Shown here: piece after piece, positions 1 through 25,997 of the stretch | Position numbering within the stretch: position 1 is the stretch's first letter | Layout of the letters: every line of letters begins with the position of its first letter | Source: Reclinomonas americana ATCC 50394 | Lineage: Eukaryota | Assembly: GCA_048213135.1 (NCBI GenBank) | Contig: PS015330.1 | Span: 5,568-64,280 of the forward strand | Direction: 5' to 3' | DNA length: 58,713 nucleotides | Position numbers and translations under genes: made by a program | The notes under the pieces: generated by a model | The model's database searches: none | What the model was told of the DNA's origin: nothing | What the model saw: only the letters and a program-made list of their open reading frames with translations

Positions 1-174
1 CTCCTCCTCTCCTCCCTCCTCTCTCTCTCTCTCTCTCTCACACGCACTCGCACACGGACACACACTGCGTCTCTCTGCCGCACAGCTGTTCTCTCTCTCT
101 CTCTCACACCGTTCCTTATCACTCATTCATTCTCTCCTCTCTCTCCTTCCACCCTTGCCGTCTCCCTCCCACAG

Positions 175-12285
<12,111 letters not shown>

Positions 12286-12355
12286 GGCGGGGATTCTTTT
12301 TGGCGTCCATATGTGGTGAACGTGTAAAGCGAATGTGATGTGGTGGTGGTGGTCA

Positions 12356-14230
12356 TCATCGGGTGGCCTTGCACGGGTCGATGGTGGTGTGGCAAATGTC
12401 AAAGGGCACCTTGCGTTGAAAGTAGACGTAGTTTTGCCCGCCGACGTGGTGCAGAACGGAGAAGCGGGTGATCGAGGGCGGGCTGTTGAAGGAGGATTGG
12501 ATGCTGGCGGGGCCGGACTGCCCGAGAAGAGGGAAAGGGGGTGTTAGGGGAAGGGGGCATAGGGGAAGGGGGTGTGAGGGGAAGGGGATAGGGGAAGGGG
12601 TGTGGGATGGACGGGAGTGTGAGGGGAAGGGGGATTGGGGAAAGGGTGTGGGAAAGAAGAGAGAGGAAGGGAGGAAGATGAGAGGGAAAGTGGACAACGG
12701 GTGTGAGAGAAATGGCAAGCGAGTGGTGGAGGGTGTGGAAATAGAGAAATAGTAGTCTGAGGTAGGACAAGAGAGGAGGGAAAGTGGACGTCGTGACTGT
12801 GTGAGCGAAGGCAAGCGAGCGGTAGAGGGTGAACTAATAGAGAAACAGTTGAAGAAGTGTGAGTGAGAAGTGTGAGCGAAAACAGAAGGTGATCAGAGAA
12901 CGAACGGGAGCGACAGGAAAGTGTGTGTAAGAAAGGCACAAGACGTGATAGGGAACTAAACGATTGGGTGGAGAATACCCGAGGATGAGAGAGCAGCCAG
13001 CGACAGAGATGATGAAAGAAGCGAAAGAGAGAGAGACAAGCAGCCTGTGTCTTTCACTGTCGTATCTGTGTTCTTCATGCACTCTCCGTTGTATCTCCAT
13101 GACTTTCTCTTTTCGCTCATTCTCATTATCTCTTTCTTTTCTTGTTCTCTCTCTCTGGCTCTCGATTTTCTCTCGTTCTGCTTGCCTTGGCCAAGGATAA
13201 GCAGAGACAAGGTAGATAAAGGAAACGAAGGTTGCGTGAGAAAGAAAAGAAATAGAAAAAGAAAGAAAGAACGAGAGAAAGAGAGAAAGAGAGAGCGCGT
13301 GTGTGCGTGAGAGAGAGAGAGAAGGAAAAGTCAATTGGCAGTCATAGAGATTAGCACGGATCGACAATCAACAGTGAAAGAGAGAAACAGAGAGGAAAAA
13401 ACGCAGTGCTCAGTGCTATGCGGAGACTAGCAGCAAGAGAGAAAGAGAAAGAGAGACAGTCAAAGACTGGAGAAGTGACTGCCAGTGCGTGAAATACCTT
13501 GGAAACAAAGTGGAACTCGCCCAGGTCGTACTGCGAGTAGGGGTAGAAGAATCCCATGCGGTTCATCGCCTTCTCGAAGCATGTGTCGCACTGCGTGGAA
13601 CGGTGAGAAAGGGAGGGATAGACGACGAGGCAATGCGACGCAACGTCTTCCTGCGCGTCGGTGCAGATGTTGCACTCGTCGTCGTAGGGCAGGTGACGCG
13701 AGTGGGATAGGTGTTGCAGAACCTTGTGCCCAAAGGCCACTATAAAGGGGAAGGTAAGCGATAGGAAGGGAAAGGGGACTGCATAGAAAGTCGGAGAAGT
13801 AGATGGAGAGCGAAAGAGCAGAGCGATAACGGGGGGGGATGGATATCAAAGGGAGATGAGGAGGGACGATCAGGAGGACGGACTGGCGAAGACAATGGAG
13901 ATTGGAAGATGAGCAAGAGAGCAAGTGACTGCAGCTGAAACGAGAGAGAGTGTTGAGGCCGTTAGGTTGGCGAACGAGCGAGAAGAGTCAAGAACCATAG
14001 ATGCGGAGGACGGCCTGATCAGGTGAGGAAGAAACGAGACAACTGGTCGATGACTGCGAGCAAGAAAGAGAGCAAACAGGGCAGCAGAGACACACGGCCG
14101 ATAGCCGATGACTTCAAATGAGCAAGAACGAAAGTAGGCACCGGTTTGAGTGTCAACGAAAAAAGCGATCGTTACGACTGGAGATGACAAGACAACAAGA
14201 ACACTCATGAGCACGAAGAGGGTCGAGAAG

Positions 14231-14272
<42 letters not shown>

Positions 14273-15152
14273 GGTAGAGAAGAACTACTACGTACACTAC
14301 AACCAAAAACGAAAACGAAACGTAAGGTACGAACGTACGTACGTACGTTCGTCGGCCGTACCGTTACGGTTACGTACGTAACGGTACNNNNNNNNNNNNN
14401 NNNNNNNNNNNNNNNNNNNNNNNNNNNNNNNNNNNNNNNNNNNNNNNNNNNNNNNNNNNNNNNNNNNNNNNNNNNNNNNNNNNNNNNNNNNNNNNNNNNN
14501 NNNNNNNNNNNNNNNNNNNNNNNNNNNNNNNNNNNNNNNNNNNNNNNNNNNNNNNNNNNNNNNNNNNNNNNNNNNNNNNNNNNNNNNNNNNNNNNNNNNN
14601 NNNNNNNNNNNNNNNNNNNNNNNNNNNNNNNNNNNNNNNNNNNNNNNNNNNNNNNNNNNNNNNNNNNNNNNNNNNNNNNNNNNNNNNNNNNNNNNNNNNN
14701 NNNNNNNNNNNNNNNNNNNNNNNNNNNNNNNNNNNNNNNNNNNNNNNNNNNNNNNNNNNNNNNNNNNNNNNNNNNNNNNNNNNNNNNNNNNNNNNNNNNN
14801 NNNNNNNNNNNNNNNNNNNNNNNNNNNNNNNNNNNNNNNNNNNNNNNNNNNNNNNNNNNNNNNNNNNNNNNNNNNNNNNNNNNNNNNNNNNNNNNNNNNN
14901 NNNNNNNNNNNNNNNNNNNNNNNNNNNNNNNNNNNNNNNNNNNNNNNNNNNNNNNNNNNNNNNNNNNNNNNNNNNNNNNNNNNNNNNNNNNNNNNNNNNN
15001 NNNNNNNNNNNNNNNNNNNNNNNNNNNNNNNNNNNNNNNNNNNNNNNNNNNNNNNNNNNNNNNNNNNNNNNGTTACCTCGTAACGTACGTAACGTACGTA
15101 CGTACGTACGTAACGTAACGTAACGAACGAACGAACGAACGAACGAAGAACG

Positions 15153-15223
<71 letters not shown>

Positions 15224-16084
15224 TTGGAGAGAAATCAACTTCGCATCCAACAAAAGAACAATGGACAGTCAGTCTGCGCACCTTGGTCATACGGATGGCG
15301 CGGATAGCTGTCAATTACAACCAAGTCAGCAACCACGCAGAGAGAACATCATCGCACACGACGCACCGCCCAGTGGCCAACTCGGCATGCCACTCGCGCA
15401 AGAATGTCGTGGTGAAGGCTGACTTGCGGAAGCCGAGAATGCCGGCGTTGATGAAATTGTGATCCTGTGTGTCAGCAATCATGTCAGCTGTGTGGTAGAC
15501 AAGGATGGAGAAGAGAGAGAGAGCTGTGCAATTTAAAACAGGGTCGCGAGAGATGAATTCGATCGTACACAACTCTCTCTCTCCCTCACTGCCTCTCTTG
15601 CCCTGACTCTCCCTCTCTCTCTTTGCCTTTCTCTCCCTTCATGCTACGCCACCTGCCCCACAATCTGCGCATCGCCGACAAAGAACGTGTCGAGCGGGAA
15701 CGCGCAGGCCTCCTTCTTGAAGAACGCGTCGAGGTCAATGTACCACACCGACTCGTGCGGCGTGAGGCGGAAGACGTCGAGCACGGCCAGCGACTTTTGG
15801 AACATGAGGTCGGGCAGGTAGTGTGCGGGGCTGTCGACTGGGTGGTGAGCGTGGCGGGAAGAAGATGGACGAGGAGATGACGCACCCCAACGGAATCGTC
15901 CACACGTAGACCTCCGTGTCGAAGGTCTTGGCGTACCACAGCCAGTTGACCAGCGTCGGCACGTAGTTGAACTCGGAGCCGGCAAAGTAGTTGTTGATGA
16001 AGAAGAGCTCCGTGGTGATGGTCACTGTGGCGGCAAGAGTGAGGAGCAGGGTTATCAGAGGGACGAAGGGGGTGTGCGGAAGGA

Positions 16085-16152
<68 letters not shown>

Positions 16153-19100
16153 GAGAGAGAGAGAGAGAGAGACGAACGACGGAACGGGACGGGACGGTAG
16201 GGTTAGGGGTTACGGTACGGTAAGGTAAAGTAAACGTAAAACGTACGTAACGTAACGTAACGTACNNNNNNNNNNNNNNNNNNNNNNNNNNNNNNNNNNN
16301 NNNNNNNNNNNNNNNNNNNNNNNNNNNNNNNNNNNNNNNNNNNNNNNNNNNNNNNNNNNNNNNNNNNNNNNNNNNNNNNNNNNNNNNNNNNNNNNNNNNN
16401 NNNNNNNNNNNNNNNNNNNNNNNNNNNNNNNNNNNNNNNNNNNNNNNNNNNNNNNNNNNNNNNNNNNNNNNNNNNNNNNNNNNNNNNNNNNNNNNNNNNN
16501 NNNNNNNNNNNNNNNNNNNNNNNNNNNNNNNNNNNNNNNNNNNNNNNNNNNNNNNNNNNNNNNNNNNNNNNNNNNNNNNNNNNNNNNNNNNNNNNNNNNN
16601 NNNNNNNNNNNNNNNNNNNNNNNNNNNNNNNNNNNNNNNNNNNNNNNNNNNNNNNNNNNNNNNNNNNNNNNNNNNNNNNNNNNNNNNNNNNNNNNNNNNN
16701 NNNNNNNNNNNNNNNNNNNNNNNNNNNNNNNNNNNNNNNNNNNNNNNNNNAGAGAGAGAGAGAAAGAGAGAGAGAGTCAAAGCGAGAGCGAGAGAGATGC
16801 AAAGCAAGACGGGGCGATGGGGTTGCGAGTGATAAAATCGATAGAACTGCGTACACAAGTGTGCACACAGAGAGACTAGAAGGGTGGAGGAGAAGGAGGG
16901 GACATTTCCCTTTCTCTCTCTCACTCACTCCTCACTCACTATTATCCTAGGTTTCACGAGCACAACAAGTGGGGACTCCAATCTCTCACTCTTTCTCTCT
17001 GTCTCACGCTCTCTCTCACACACTCACTCCTCACTCAGTCATCTGAAAGCTTTCACGAGCACATACGCATAAACGCAAACACAGAACATTCTCTCTCTCT
17101 TTTCGCAAACACCACATACAAAACCAACAACAACAACAACAACAACAACAACAAAACGACGACAACGACTACGACTACGACAACAACAACAGCGACGACG
17201 ACGACGACGACGCCGCCGACGATGACAATGACAATGACGACGACGACGACGACCATGACAATGATAACAAACGCACGAACGCAAACTCTCCGTGAACAAA
17301 CCAATGGCCGCCGAGCGCGTTCGTACAGGCCGGTGTTCCCATTCGTGATCCCAGAGCAGGCGATGCAGTGTGCAGTCGCCGTGGGTCTCGTGCGGGAGAA
17401 TGGAGACCTTCATGCGGTGCGGAGGAGCTGCGTGAAAGGGAAAGGGAGATGAGGAAACGGAGGGAGGAGAGGGGAGAAGGGGGAGAAGAAGAGTGAAGAA
17501 GAAGAGGAGGGGAGAGGAGGAGTGGATAGAGGAGAGAAGAGGAGAAGTGGTGAAGAGGAGAGGGAGGAGAGAGGAGAGAGAGGAGAGGAAGGAGAGGAAA
17601 GAGAGAACGGATGGAGGGGACAGGGAGAGTAAATGTGGAGGTGGAGGATGAGGAGAGGAGAGAGGAAGGAAAGGAGCGAGTTCCTGCTGTATTGCTCTCT
17701 GTCTTGTTTTTCTTTTCTTGGAAGGAAGTCGCTGGCTTTCTCTTCTCATAGAGAACGCGCAACTGGAGCCCTCGTGCAGTCGCATCAGGCACGGCGGGGA
17801 CGAGGTCGGTTGCAGCATGGGCCGATCGTCGCACCACCAGCAGAGCTGCAGAGGGTGAAAGATCAATGAAACGATGAGGGTCTGCTTGTGTTTCACGACA
17901 ACGCACGGTCCACGTGGAGAAGCGACGGAATGACTGCGTGGCAGAGGATGAGCGAGAGGCGATCAGAGTGGGAAGGAGGGGAGGGAGGGCATACCGCGTT
18001 CCGTCGAAGGCGGGTGATGGTGACGGTGAGTACGAGGAGGAAGAGAAGGGCGGCGGCACAGGTCACCAGGCGCCAGCGGTGGCGGAGGAAGCGGGAGAGA
18101 AGGGCTGATGGGAGGGGAATAGTGAGCAAAGGGGGAGGAGGAAAGGGGGAAGAAAGGGGGAGGCAAGGGGGAGGCAAGGGGGAGGCAAGGGGGAGGCAAG
18201 GGGGAGGCAAGGGGGAGGCAAGGGGAGGCAAGGGGAGGCAAGGGGAGGCAAGGGGANNNNNNNNNNNNNNNNNNNNNNNNNNNNNNNNNNNNNNNNNNNN
18301 NNNNNNNNNNNNNNNNNNNNNNNNNNNNNNNNNNNNNNNNNNNNNNNNNNNNNNNNNNNNNNNNNNNNNNNNNNNNNNNNNNNNNNNNNNNNNNNNNNNN
18401 NNNNNNNNNNNNNNNNNNNNNNNNNNNNNNNNNNNNNNNNNNNNNNNNNNNNNNNNNNNNNNNNNNNNNNNNNNNNNNNNNNNNNNNNNNNNNNNNNNNN
18501 NNNNNNNNNNNNNNNNNNNNNNNNNNNNNNNNNNNNNNNNNNNNNNNNNNNNNNNNNNNNNNNNNNNNNNNNNNNNNNNNNNNNNNNNNNNNNNNNNNNN
18601 NNNNNNNNNNNNNNNNNNNNNNNNNNNNNNNNNNNNNNNNNNNNNNNNNNNNNNNNNNNNNNNNNNNNNNNNNNNNNNNNNNNNNNNNNNNNNNNNNNNN
18701 NNNNNNNNNNNNNNNNNNNNNNNNNNNNNNNNNNNNNNNNNNNNNNNNNNNNNNNNNNNNNNNNNNNNNNNNNNNNNNNNNNNNNNNNNNNNNNNNNNNN
18801 NNNNNNNNNNNNNNNNNNNNNNNNNNNNNNNNNNNNNNNNNNNNNNNNNNNNNNNNNNNNNNNNNNNNNNNNNNNNNNNNNNNNNNNNNNNNNNNNNNNN
18901 NNNNNNNNNNNNNNNNNNNNNNNNNNNNNNAGGGGGAGGAAAGGGGGAGGAAAGGGGGAGGAAAGGGGGAGGAAAGGGGGAGGAAAGGGGGAGGAAAGTG
19001 GGAGGAAAAGGGGGAAGAGCAAGGGGGAGGAAAGGGGGAGGAAAGGGACAAAGGGGACAGTGTGACAGTGCAACTGTACAGTGACTGGATGCAGAGCATG

Positions 19101-19270
19101 TGTGTGTGTGTGTGAGAGAGAGAGAGTGAGAGAGCAAGAGAAGGGCGGGAGGCAAGAGAGATGGAGAGAAACAGAATGCCAGTGACTCACAATGCAAAAT
19201 GAATGCAGTGAGAAAGCCCACACACGCAAGCACGAGCAACGCAACAGTGACTGCGACTTGCACTCAGCAT
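12356..19270 (-). CDS. Type II membrane glycosyltransferase, GT-A fold, GT34/MNN10-like, about 12 exons
   Basis: Spliced product: MLSASRSHSLLSRFLRHRWR, a TM helix LVTCAAALLFLLVLTVTI, then FQKSLAVLDVF..HESVWYIDLDAFF (DxD motif), IVGQDHNFINAGILGFRKSAFTTTFLREW, YDQVAF, VLHHVGG. These resemble GT34-type motifs. Stop at 12356-12358. Confidence 0.75.
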
Positions 19271-19762
19271 CCTCCTTGACACAGAGAAAACCCGAGATCA
19301 AACCCGAACACGAGTGTGTCCTTCGACGTTCTCTCACAATCTGAATGCAGCGAGCAAGATGGTGCGCGTGCGAGAGGAGCAGTGACTACGACATGCACTC
19401 AGCATTCTCAGTGCACACAAAAAAGAGAGAAACTTCAAACTTGTGTCCTTCGAAGCTTCGACGTTGTCACTCGCTGGTGCACACAGCATGAGCAACCACG
19501 AGGAGGGGCGAGCCAGTGTGCCTCACATGCAAGGAAGCGCAACTGAACAGCGACAGTGAGAGAGACACAAGGAATGAGAAAAGAGGACAGTCGAACGTGA
19601 ATGACACACAATGCACGAATGCAGCGAGGGAGCCGACGTACGCGCGAGAGGAACAGTGACTGCGACTTGCACTCAGCATCCTCGCTCCCACTTGCCAAGA
19701 AAAAAACTCCGAACATGTGTCCTCCGACGTTCTCACTCACTCACTCACTCACTCTCTCACAC

Positions 19763-20121
19763 ATGAGCGACGACGACGAGGAGCGAGGCAGTGTGCCTCC
19801 TTCTTCTCCTCCTCCTCCACCTCCGCTTCCGCAGCCAGTGGATCCGCAGATTGCGTTGATGCGCATGCAGAGAGTGGTGGTATGTGTGTGTGTGAGGAGA
19901 GAGAGAGAGGGAGAGAGAGGAGAGAGAGGGAGTGAGGGAGAGAGGAGAGGAGAAGAAGAAGAAGAAGGGGGAGAGAGAGTGAGAGGATGCATGAGTGAGT
20001 GTTGCGGAAGAATTGAGATTGTATGTGTGAGTGAGAGAGAGAGGGGAGAGAGAGAGAGAGAGAGAGAGAAGAGCGGCGTATGAGGGAGTGTGTGAGGGAG
20101 AGCTCGCGTGCATGTGTTTAA

Positions 20122-20158
<37 letters not shown>

Positions 20159-23100
20159 CACACACACTTTCTCGTACACTCTCCTCTCTCTTTCTCTCTT
20201 TCGTTCTGTGTTTCTCTCTCATTCTCTCTGTCTCTCTGTCTCTGCCTCTGTGACTGACAGAGAAGACCCTGATGTTGTCAGTGCGCGTGTGAATGTTTCT
20301 GTGTTTGAGCGAGATACAAGTCGTGTTTCTCCTGTTTGTCTGTGTGAGTTTTTGGTGATTGCTTTGTTTTGTGGTTTTGTTCGAGAGTGGCTCACTTGGT
20401 GTGTGCGTGTGCAGGGAGCCACGTCGCCTGTGCGTGCTGAAGGTATGGGAGGGGAGGGAGTAAGAGAGATGGTGGAAGATGGAGAACAGAAGAGCGAGCG
20501 AGGAGGCTGAATCATGTGATAGGGGTGGGGGCGACGGGAGATTTTACTTGAGGCATAGAACTGTGTGCGCTTGAGAGTGTATGAGTGATAGTAGTCCAGC
20601 GAGACGAGTAGGATGAGCAATGAGTACAACGTGTTCGTAACAAGCGAACAGTGTGCGCTTGAGACTGTGTGCGAGTGTGAGTTGAGGGAGGAATGAGGTA
20701 TGATATCTAGAGAGAGAACAAGAGGAACGATTGGGGGCTGCGTTCCAGAATGCGCGTGAATTGTCGCAATAAGCAGATGATGTGGCGAAGAAGGAATATG
20801 AGCAATGCACGTGGGAGAGGTTGTGTTCCAGAGAGAAGTGGGAGAGCTGCGAAAGTCTCATCATGCGTGCTTGTGCACTCATTGCTGCTGGTCTTTCGCA
20901 GGCTCGTCGTCTCCAGGTAACGTCGCTTTCTCTCTTGCTCTCACGCGCATCGTGCATTCTCCGCTTACTGACTCTGTCGGAGTAGAACACGCTGCTCGTC
21001 CGGTCTCATTACCAGGTATTTACACTCACGATACGTCTTCCCCTTCTTGTGCTCACTGAGTTTGCTCTCAGCATCGCCATCTCCGCTTGTTGGATCGGCT
21101 GCCGTGCACGGTTTGTGGACATCCTGTGGCTTGGTAGACATCGTTAATTGACACTTTGCTTTGCCTGCAGAGCGCGCGTCACTGCCAGCGGGTCAAGGTC
21201 TCCCATGCGCAATGTCGAATGCCATGGTAACCGCGCTCACTCGTCAACTGCGCAGAGCACACTTTCCTTGTCCAAACACTGCCTCATGCGGAAGGCAAGT
21301 CGTCATCGCCTTCTTTTGGCTCGCGCATCACTTGACTCACTTCCATATGCATCGACAGGTCACTCAGCTGCTGCAGGGGAAGGTAGCTACCCCCAGCGCC
21401 GCGCACTTTGAATCCCGACGCTCACCCCACAATATAGGTTCCTCTCCACTGCCTCCAACAGCAACTGCTGAAGGTAACCGTCCTCAAACACCGCACGATT
21501 TCATTTCCAATGCTCACCCCACAATGGAGGTTCATCGTCAGTGCCTCCAACAGCAACTGTTGAGGGTGAGCTTGTCGCACGATGAAACATTGTACGTCCA
21601 GGCACTCACGCACAAGCAGGTTCCTTGTCACTGCCTCCAGCAGCAACTGCAGAAGGTACATGCTCCTCACATCAACTCGCTTTGCGTGCCTCGCCACTTA
21701 CCCTCGCTCTCTTGTAGATTCATCTTCACCGCCGCCAGAGTCGCAGCCAGGTACATCATGCATTTCCTCGCCCTTCTCCTCCTTCATCTCGGCTCTTATC
21801 TCTTTGCAGACTCCGAGATCACCGGCCACGCCGTTGTGCAAACCTCCGAAGGCGTCTACACTGGCGACCTCGTTGCCGGCAAGCGTTGCGGCCAAGGCAA
21901 GCTCGTACGCACCAACGGCGACACACTGGAAGGTCTTTTCACTTCATCCTGACCAACTAGCTCGTGACGCTCATCACCACCCACAGGCACCTGGGCCGAC
22001 GACCACTTGGTTGAGGGCGACTTTGTGGGTGCGGAAGGCGGCGTTCGCTACCACGGACAATGGCGCAATGGTGACTGGGACGGCACGGGGCGGTGGGAGT
22101 CGGGCGACGGCGATGTGTACACTGGTATTCGTGGAGAGAGATCCTTCTCTTCGTGATGCCTCCTTCTCATCATCGTCACAGGTGACTTCAAGGGCGGGAA
22201 ATTTCAGGGCTACGGGCGGTTTCGGGGGCACAACCGGACCGATTACGATGGGACGTTTGAGGAGGGGCTGTATTCGGGCGCGGGGTGCTTGGTGATTGGC
22301 GATGTGAGCACGTATGATGGGCAGTTTAAGAATGGGGTGTATCATGGGATTGGGACGTTTTCAGGTACGTGGGGGATGGGGGAAAGGGAGGGGGAGGGAG
22401 GAAAGGGGGAAGGGAGGGGGAAGGGGGAAAGGGGAAGGGAGGGAGAAGGAGAGGAGAAGGAGAGGGAGAGAGGTGGGAGAGAGGAGGGAGAGGGAGGGAG
22501 AGGGAAGGAGATGGAGGGAGAGTATTCTGGAGAGAAAGGCATGCGATGGAAGCGGCTGCTGCTGTTACCTGTGGAGAGGTTTCTTGTGTGCTGTGTCTCC
22601 GCATGTCTTTCTTGGTTCGACTGTGAGTGATTCTCTCACTCTCCGTGACTATCAGTGATTCTCACTCTGCTGTGTCTTTCCCTGTGACTGTTAGTGACTT
22701 CCTGCGTGTGCTGTGGCTTTCTCTCTGATTATGATTGATTCTCTCACTCTGTGAGTGGTCTCTCACTATGTTGTGTGACTGTGAGTAATCTCCCACTCTG
22801 CGATTTCTTTCTCTGTGACTTTGAGTGATTCTCTGAGTATGCCGCGTCAATCTCTCTGTGACTGAGTGATTCTCTCATTTTTCTGTGTCGCACTCTGTGT
22901 CTATGAGTGATTCTCACTCCGCTGTGTGTCTCTCTGTCACTGTGTGATGCTCTCGCTCTGCTGTGTCTTTCTCTGCGACTGAGTGATTCTCTCACTTTGC
23001 CGTGTCTTTCCCTGTGTCTGTAAGTGACGCTTTCATCGCTCCCTGAAGCTTGCATCGCGCAGTCTCGAATTGCATCTCTGAGTCTCACACAGTTTGTGTC

Positions 23101-25997
23101 TACTTCTCGACTTTTCTATGTGATTCATTGCATGTTTTTTGTGTCTCCTACTCTCTCGCTGTATTGCACGCGCTTGCTTTGTTTCTCTGTCTCTCTCTGT
23201 CGCTACCTCTTTTATTGCTCGTAGAATGTCATTTTATCTCTTGTGTGTGCGTGCGTGTTGCACAGTGAGAACTATGTCACCCCGAGAGCTGCTGCCTTGC
23301 CACATTTGCAATGTGAATCATCGCAGTTGGTTGTGAGGGGTGTGAGGCAGCCAAGCACAAGCGCTGTGTTTTGCGCAGAAACACACTCGCCTTCTCGTAT
23401 CATGTCTGCGCTCTGCATGTCACTGCCATTTCTGTGTCGCTTCTTTCTTAGGTTTCTCTTTCGTCTCTCTTTCTCTCTCTGTCTCCTTTGTCTATTTTTC
23501 TCTTCGCTGTTGGTCGACGCATCGTGCTCCACGTTGCCGCGCCCTGTCTCTTTCTCTATATGTCTTCTCGCCTTCTGTCCCTCTTTATCTCTCTGTCCCT
23601 CTTTGTCTCGATGTCTCGTCTCTTTCTCTCTCTCTCTCGTTCTCTCTGTACCTCTTTCTCTTTTCTCTCTGTCTCTCTTTCTCTCTCTTTTCCAGTTCTA
23701 CATTCCCGATCAACCTTTCTTGTCACTAATCTCTTGTCGTTCTCATGTTCTCTCTTGATCTTGTCCATCTTTCCGTTCTGCATTTTCATCCCACTCGTGC
23801 ACTATTGTTCTTGCGCCTTCACTCTCTTGGATCCTCCTTTCTCCTCTCACTCCCACCCCGCAGACCTGCACCGCCGAGAACGCTACAGCGGCGAGTTCCA
23901 AGACGGCAAGCGCCACGGCCAGGGCATGCTGACCACTGCCAAAGGTACTCTTACCGCGACCTTTGCCTCTTTGACCCCTCCCTCATTTCCTCCCGTCAGA
24001 CGATGTTATTGAGGGACGGTGGATGGAGGGCGTGCTGGAGGGCGACGCCACGATGACCGACGGTGGGAGTGGGCGCAAGTACATGGCGTTCTACACGCGT
24101 GGCCTGTGCACCGATCGCGTGCCAATGGAGGGCTACGAGGTGCGCGTGAATGACACGCTTCAATCGCACGCAGCTGCTGACTCTGTCCGCAGGTTCTGGA
24201 GGACAGGTCGGCACGGTTACCCGACGGCACCACCATTATGGTGCGGCCGGGCGAGATGCGATTGGAGAAGGGCGCGAGAGTGTTGATCATGTGAGTGCGT
24301 GGCAAGTAAGGCGCAGCGTGATAAGAACCTAATGCATGCTCGCGCAGTTCGGAGGCGCACTACACGGGCTCATCGACGCCGGCAGATCGGCCGCAGCATG
24401 TGGAGATGAGTGGATTTTTGACAAAGCTGGGGCACAAGAAAGGTGCGAGCAAGGGGGAAAGGGGAAGAGGAGAAATTTGGGGAAGAGAGTGTAAGGCAGG
24501 AATGGTGGGTGCAAAGGGTTTGAGAGTGATGCTTTGTGAGGGTAAGACAAGAGCGAGGGGCTCGGATGATGTCATTGAGCTGTCACCATCTCTCTCTCTC
24601 TCCTGCTCTCCTTTTCGTGAGACGAATGACTTCGGTGAGTGACTCGATCGATCGGCAGGACTACCATCTCTCGCTCATGCGCTGTCACCATCTCTCTCTC
24701 TTTCTCTTTCCCCGCTTTCCCTTTCGTGAGACGATTAACTTCTGGTGACTTACTCGAGCAATCGGCAGGACTGTTTGGCTCGGAGAGCTGGAAGCGACGA
24801 TGGTTCACGCTGAGACCCGAGGCTCTCGAATATCGCGTGTCTCCCGATGTATGTAACGGTGAATTGCTCCTTCTTTGCAAAGTTGCTCACCTCCCCCGCT
24901 GCGTGCAGACGGACCCCATCATGTCCATTCCATTATCGCGGGAGTCGTGGTGCGTGACGGTGGAGGTGGATACGCCGCGTCGTGCGGATGCGTTTTTCGA
25001 TCCGTCGAGGAGTGCGGCTGATTCGGAGATGTATAGTGGGAGGATTACGAAGGTGCGAGAGGGGGGAAGGGAGGGGAAGGGAAGGGAAGGGAGGGGAAGG
25101 AAGAAAGGAGGACAATGAGAAACAATTGAGCTCGCGAGGGTGAGAAGGGGGAAGGGAAGGAAAGGAGGAAAGGAGGACGACGAGAATGCAATTGAGCTCG
25201 CGAGGGTGAGAAGTGGGAAGGGAAGGGAAGGAGGAAAGGAGGAGAACGAAAAAATTGAGCTCGCGAGGGTGAGAAAGGGGGAGACAAGGGGAAGGATGAA
25301 AGGAGGACAACGAGAGAACAACTGAGCTCGCGTGGGTGCGAAGGGGAAGGATGAAAGGAGGACAACGAGAAAACAATTGGGCTCGTGAGGGTGAGAAGGG
25401 GGAAGGGAAGGGAAGGAGGAAAAAGGAGGACAACGAGAAACAATTGAGCTCGCGAGGGTGACAGGAGGAAAGGAGGACAACGGGGAAAGAATATCGTGGA
25501 AGAAAGAGAGAGAGAACGAACACGAGAATCTGAGAGTCTGTGAGCGTGAGTGTGAAATCAGAAGCGAACGAATGCGAGAAAGAGCAAGAGGCGAGTGACA
25601 GTCAAGGCGTGAACAAAATGCGACAGAGAGGGCGCTTATCCGTGCAACCACCACTCATTGTGTCGATTGCAGGATTACTGCTTCGCCTTGCACTGCGACG
25701 TGCTGCCGAAGACCGGCACACAGCTTGCGCAATCGCGAACATTCTACATGTGCGCCACATCGTACGCGCAGCGGCAAATGTGGGTCGACGCGATTCGGTC
25801 GACAATAGCCAAGCTGCAGGTGAGTGATCTTCACTGTGATGACGAGCTTCGTCACTTTCTCACTCGTCGTGCAGAACTCGGACACGCTGCGGCGGTGTAG
25901 TGACGCACTGCACGGACTGCAAGTGGATGTGGAGGGCCTGCATGTCGATGTGGAGGAGATGCTGGATGCGCTGTATCCGGGGCCCGATGGTGTATAG
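19763..25997 (+). CDS. MORN-repeat protein with C-terminal PH domain, about 13 exons
   Basis: Several MORN units (YTGDLVAGKRCGQG, YHGQWRNGDWDGTG, YTGDFKGGKFQGYG, YDGQFKNGVYHGIG, YSGEFQDGKRHGQG), then a PH signature MSGFLTKLGHKKG..SWKRRWFTL..LEY..RTFYMCATSYAQRQMWVDAIRSTI. Stop TAG at 25995-25997. The first two exons are less certain. Confidence 0.82.
25107..25480. repeat. Intronic minisatellite, unit about 60-65 bp, core CAATTGAGCTCGCGAGGGTGAGAA
   Basis: Six similar tandem units inside the intron 25053-25672. Confidence 0.85.

Noticed and set aside
14280-16265. TACG/TAACG/GAAC-rich repeats at gap edges (also about 54900-55060 and 58620-58713)
   Set aside because: They occur only at contig ends next to long (GA)n runs and follow the T-A-C-G flow order of pyrosequencing, so they are most likely read-end noise.
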